From: an uncultured virus (IMG/VR IMGVR_UViG_3300032562_000006)
Taxonomy: Duplodnaviria; Heunggongvirae; Uroviricota; Caudoviricetes
Virus record (IMG/VR): IMGVR_UViG_3300032562_000006
Strand: one strand, 5' to 3'
DNA: 64,000 bases
Shown in pieces: positions 59,682 through 64,000 of the stretch. The notes beneath the pieces were generated by a model that ran no database searches, had not been told where the DNA came from, and saw nothing but the letters and a program-made list of their open reading frames with translations. Position numbers and translations under genes: made by a program. Each line of letters opens with the position of its first letter. Position 1 is the stretch's first letter.

Positions 59682-60043
59682 CAGGGACGCACCGGCCTGA
59701 TGACGTTATAGTCCGTGCCGACCGGGTGCTCGCGGGCGTCGACGGCGGACGGGTCCGGCTGATGCGGATAGAACCGGGTGAGGCGTCCGTAGAGCTGGAG
59801 GGCTCCGGAGAGAGTGTCGCACTGACCGGCGGTGGTGTCGTGCCAGGTCTGGATCTCGCCGGTGTCGCTGTACGGATTCGCGGTGACGGCGACGGCGGTG
59901 ATCTGGACGACCCGGAGATCGTTGCTCCAGAAGCGGGCTCCGACCGTGACCGGGCAGCCGTCCGTGCTGTAGTGGATGAGGTCGAGTTCGTCATTCATCC
60001 GCTCGGCGTCATTGTCGACGTCGGACTGATCGAGATCTTTCAC
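59681..60043 (-). CDS. Hypothetical protein
   Basis: CAAGGAAGGAAGG start motif before GTG 60043. Confidence 0.6.
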   Translation of the reverse strand: MKDLDQSDVDNDAERMNDELDLIHYSTDGCPVTVGARFWSNDLRVVQITAVAVTANPYSDTGEIQTWHDTTAGQCDTLSGALQLYGRLTRFYPHQPDPSAVDAREHPVGTDYNVIRPVRP

Positions 60044-60415
60044 GTGCGCCTTCCTTCCTTGGAACTGGTGTTCGATCCGACTGGACCGAGCCGCCATCCT
60101 GGATGAGGATGACGACCCCGACGAGTCGGGTCGGAGCTACGCCCTGGCTAGAGATCGGGGAGGCGGATTCCATCTCCGCACGCGAGCAGGCCGTACCTGT
60201 CATAACGGACTGTGACGAGCTGACTGCCGTGGTGGGGGCTGACCTCACAATTCAGGTAAACATGCGGTTCCGGTGGCGGGATACCTCGCATGGAGCGCAT
60301 GAGAATGATGATCTTCCCTGGAATTCCCATGTAACCTCTTCCTGCTTGAAGTGATCCAGGCGGATCTCACCGCCCGCGCCTCACTTCGAGAGGCGCGGAC
60401 GATGACTGGCTCGCG

Positions 60416-60742
60416 TCAGCTGTGATGCAGCGTGCAGTCGCTAGCGACGTAGGCGATGTCGGAAGCGATCTCGGCGGGCGTGGCGCTGCTGCGCTCGTCG
60501 ATGTAGAGAGAATTGACGTCGTCGGCGAGATAGTTCCACGCGACGTGCTCGCTCGCTGTCATCAGCGCGTCCAGACGCGTGGCGGACGGGTGCGCGGTCC
60601 AGGCCGTGAACGCGGAGCAGGTAGCCTGCCTCGGGGTCGGAGTCGGAGTCGGAGAGGCGCTGGCGGCTGCGGATGCGGCGGTGATGGTCACTGCCGCGAC
60701 TGCGAGCGCTGCGGCTGCGGTGATTGCGATCCTGATGTTCAT
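60416..60742 (-). CDS. Secreted protein
   Basis: Ala-rich signal peptide, PT linker, two Cys. Confidence 0.6.
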   Translation of the reverse strand: MNIRIAITAAAALAVAAVTITAASAAASASPTPTPTPRQATCSAFTAWTAHPSATRLDALMTASEHVAWNYLADDVNSLYIDERSSATPAEIASDIAYVASDCTLHHS

Positions 60743-60827
60743 TTCTTTTCCTTTTCCTTTTCCTTTTCCTCCAGGCGGAGGCCGACGGGCACGTGCGCCT
60801 GCTTGTGCGGATGCACGTGCACGCCGG

Positions 60828-61130
60828 TCAGTGCCGGGCGGTGCGGATCGGGAGAGCGGCGTTCATGATCTGCGCGATCTGGGCGGTGCTGGCACGCGGG
60901 GCGTAGAGAGTGCGGATGAAATCCTCTAGTGCTGTCTTGCTGGGGGCTGTCACCCGGAAGCTGTACGGGGTGTCGGTGCGGTCGAAACTCCAGCCGGTAG
61001 CGGCCGGGTACGTCCGGTGAGCGGTACGCAGGAGATCCGTGAGGTCCTCACCCGGCCTGGATGCTGCGTGCGGCCAGGAGAGATTGCCTGAGATCCACTT
61101 GCCCGAGTCGTGCGGGTGCTGTGGTGTCAT
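60828..61130 (-). CDS. Hypothetical protein
   Basis: CAAGGAAGGAAGG start motif. Confidence 0.55.
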   Translation of the reverse strand: MTPQHPHDSGKWISGNLSWPHAASRPGEDLTDLLRTAHRTYPAATGWSFDRTDTPYSFRVTAPSKTALEDFIRTLYAPRASTAQIAQIMNAALPIRTARH

Positions 61131-61183
61131 TGCGTGCCTTCCTTCCTTGATGTGATGCGTGGTCCTGGCGGACCGCGCCCGAC

Positions 61184-61199
61184 TCGAACTGATGTTCGA
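61184..61199. promoter_or_regulatory. Actinobacterial-type LexA (SOS) box
   Basis: TCGAAC TGAT GTTCGA. Confidence 0.55.
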
Positions 61200-61220
61200 G
61201 GCGGACGCCGCGCGTCAGGC

Positions 61221-61709
61221 TCAGTGATCGCCGTGCGAGATGTGCGGGTCGTGCGGGTCGATGCAGTCGGGATGAGGGTCTGTGGTCTGCCGGGCCGTCC
61301 ACAGGTCGTACTTTACGATCTGGCACATGGTGATGTGCCGCTGCGGGTGGAGGTCATCTACGATGTTCCACACTTGTGGCGGATCCAGTTCGCTGGAGTT
61401 CACAGACTTGACGTAGCTGAGTTGACCGACGTTGGACTGCATGATGCGCATGTGCTCGCGATAGTGATGCAGCCCGTCCGCCTGCGCGTCCTCCAGACGG
61501 CTGTAGTAGCCGAAGCTGAACGTGTCCAGCTCCGGATCCAGCTGGTAGAAGTCGCAGGACGCGGGGCCGGACTGCCAGCTTGCGAGCCTGGTGCCACCTG
61601 AGATGGAGGCGGCCCACGCCGCGTTCTGCTCAGTTGACGCGCCGACACCGGACACGTGGCGTGTCTCGCCGGTGCCCTCATTGCGGACGGTGACGGAATA
61701 GCCTGGCAT
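61221..61709 (-). CDS. Hypothetical protein
   Basis: CAAGGAAGGAAGG start motif; flanked by elements. Confidence 0.6.
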   Translation of the reverse strand: MPGYSVTVRNEGTGETRHVSGVGASTEQNAAWAASISGGTRLASWQSGPASCDFYQLDPELDTFSFGYYSRLEDAQADGLHHYREHMRIMQSNVGQLSYVKSVNSSELDPPQVWNIVDDLHPQRHITMCQIVKYDLWTARQTTDPHPDCIDPHDPHISHGDH

Positions 61710-61748
61710 TGCTTGCCTTCCTTCCTTGAAATGATGCAGTGCTAGCCC

Positions 61749-61777
61749 TTGACGGACTGCGCCGGACTCAGTATACT
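61749..61777 (+). promoter_or_regulatory. SigA-type promoter antisense to the early genes, overlapping a hairpin element
   Basis: TTGACG-17 nt-TATACT. Confidence 0.5.
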
Positions 61778-62821
61778 GATGTGATACTGAGTGCGACGCG
61801 GACGGTCAGGACGGACGGATGAGCCGGATGGCGACGCCGAGGCTGCGGCCGGATGCGGTGACCGGATGCGCGACCGAGGCGACGGTGTAGTCGCTGCACT
61901 GAACGCCCGCCATGAGGAGGACGTCGCTGAGCGTGAGGCTCAGCACGAGTGCGTCACCAGCTCCGGCAGGTGACGGGATGACCTTCACGTGATGATTCCT
62001 TTTCCTCGGGACCGGCCTGGCTGGCGGGTCAGGCTGGCTGCGCAAACAGGATCGTTTCCAGATCCGGCATTGGATCGCTGAACTCGTGAGTCACGACGTT
62101 CGCGCCCGCCATGCAGAACACGCAGTCCGGGTTCGGCTGCGTGCGCGCGTGCACACGGAGATGCACGCGCAGAGTGCAGGCGGTGGAGTCGCGGCAGATG
62201 ATCACCGTGATCCAGGAGCCGAACACGCTGCGGATGCGGATGCTGCAGAGAGGCTGAAGCTTCTCGCAGAAGTCGCAGCGCGCTGTCATGATGCAGGTGT
62301 GCGTCAGCATTGCATTACCTTCCTGTTCCTTAGGGTCCGTTCCGCCGGACCGCGCCAGGCGCATCGCTACGCGATGTGCCTGACGCCGAGTGGCGGTGCG
62401 GTGCGGTGCGGTCAGTACTTCGGGCGACGGTGCCTGCCCGGACGGGCTGGCGGGGGATCCGGAGATTCCGCTACCGCGATGGCGGCGGATCCGTCTGCGC
62501 AGGCGAGCAGCCCGCATCCGATTGCGATGATGACTGCGATGACGGTTCTCATGACTGAACTGCCTGCGGTGTCGCGCGGACCTTGCGGATGCACGCGTAG
62601 CGCTCAGACTCGGTGAGAGCGAGCCACATGCGGCGCATGTTGGTGCGAGTGGAGATGCCGAGCAGCCTTTGCAAACGGATCATCTCCTTAGGAGAGACTT
62701 CCATAGCCTTGCCTTTCCTTGATGCGGTGACGCAGCCGCCTGGATGGCGGTGTCTTCCGCTGTGCGCTGAGCGCACTGACCGGTGCACATCCAGGCGGAT
62801 GTGCGCCAGCCGAGCGAGTTC

Positions 62822-63178
<357 letters not shown>

Positions 63179-63258
63179 GATGCTTTCCTTCCTTGTGGTG
63201 TCCTAGCGGACAGAGCCGGGCACACCCCGTGATGGGGGGTGTGCCCGACCCGTGAGCG

Positions 63259-63987
63259 CTAGGCGCTCGCGGTTGCGAGTTCCTGCTTGACCGCGTAGCG
63301 GTCGGTGGGGGTGTGGAGGTAGCTGAGCTTGCCCGCGCTGTGGCGGGTCAGCTCGGCCGTGGTGGCCGCGATGACCTCGCGGATCGTGATGATCTGCGGG
63401 TCGTCGGCGGGGAACTGCGCCGCGATGTCGGCAGCGAGCTCTGCGCCCGCCGTCTCCATCTGTATCCTGCTCGCTTTGTTGGTCATGTTGTAGACGGTGC
63501 GGTTACCCGTCCCGTGCTCCTTGATGACCTGGCGAGCGGAGGTGGTAACCACCTTCTCCGCCGTGCGGATGTACCCGCCCGGGGCGTCCAGCGCAGTGAC
63601 GAGCGCCGTGAAGAACGGCCGGAACAGCACCGGGATGACGACCTCCTCGAAGATCGGGTTGGTCTGGGTGCTTTTGTGGCAGTTGCCGTCGCTGACGAAC
63701 CCGGCCCCGAACAGGGCCTGCGCCATCATGGAGATGATGCGAGCCAGGGACGGGCCACGGCCCGACGCGGAATCCGGCCGGAACGTGAACGTGTCCGTGC
63801 GGATGATCTCGTCGTCCTTGCGAGCGGCGAGGGTCTCCAGCGCGATGCGCGCGGAGGTGACCGCGTAGGCCGTCAGCGCGGTGCGGCGGGCGTCCTGCGT
63901 GGCGGTCATGCTGACCGCCACGGCCAGGTAGTCCACCGGCTCCGGCTCCGCCACGGGGGCGGCGTCGGTCGGCTGCTCCGTGTTCAC
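63259..63987 (-). CDS. Hypothetical protein
   Basis: 242 aa ORF with strong GC3 bias; followed by a hairpin element. Confidence 0.65.
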   Translation of the reverse strand: MNTEQPTDAAPVAEPEPVDYLAVAVSMTATQDARRTALTAYAVTSARIALETLAARKDDEIIRTDTFTFRPDSASGRGPSLARIISMMAQALFGAGFVSDGNCHKSTQTNPIFEEVVIPVLFRPFFTALVTALDAPGGYIRTAEKVVTTSARQVIKEHGTGNRTVYNMTNKASRIQMETAGAELAADIAAQFPADDPQIITIREVIAATTAELTRHSAGKLSYLHTPTDRYAVKQELATASA

Positions 63988-64000
63988 GGGGTCACTCTCA

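Noticed and set aside
58481..60827. Degenerate hairpins at about 58490-58521 and 60785-60825 (also 45925-45957) as family members
   Set aside because: The position fits, but the closing pairs are broken, so they were not counted.

Overview
This is a 64 kb, high-GC segment of a large tailed-phage genome. The host is most likely in Actinomycetota, judged from DUF1707/DUF3631/DUF6378-like genes and actinobacterial-type LexA boxes. No virion, integrase, rRNA, tRNA or CRISPR loci were seen. The left and central part (1-37 kb) is a replication/recombination module: AAA_24/Sak4-like ATPase, HNH-type nuclease, RuvC-like resolvase, SNF2 helicase, MazG-like enzyme, family A DNA polymerase, Cas4/RecB-like exonuclease, ParB-like proteins, RecD-like helicase, and a primase-polymerase/DUF927 protein followed by an iteron-rich candidate origin. 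It also carries accessory blocks: a GT2 glycosyltransferase cassette, an HNH-SF2 helicase island and an Acb2/Tad1-like protein. The right part (37-64 kb) is a one-directional (minus-strand) array of small, mostly unknown genes containing several paralog expansions. The most striking signal is about 23 intergenic hairpins in this arm. They differ in sequence but share one geometry: 3 closing pairs, an invariant U.G pair on the transcribed strand, then about 11 bp of stem. Most sit 15-31 nt upstream of a stereotyped AAGGAAGGAA start motif, giving a cassette-like organisation. Perfect SOS (LexA) boxes and consensus antisense promoters are embedded in the same arm. All family assignments come from motif recognition by eye; no database searches were run.
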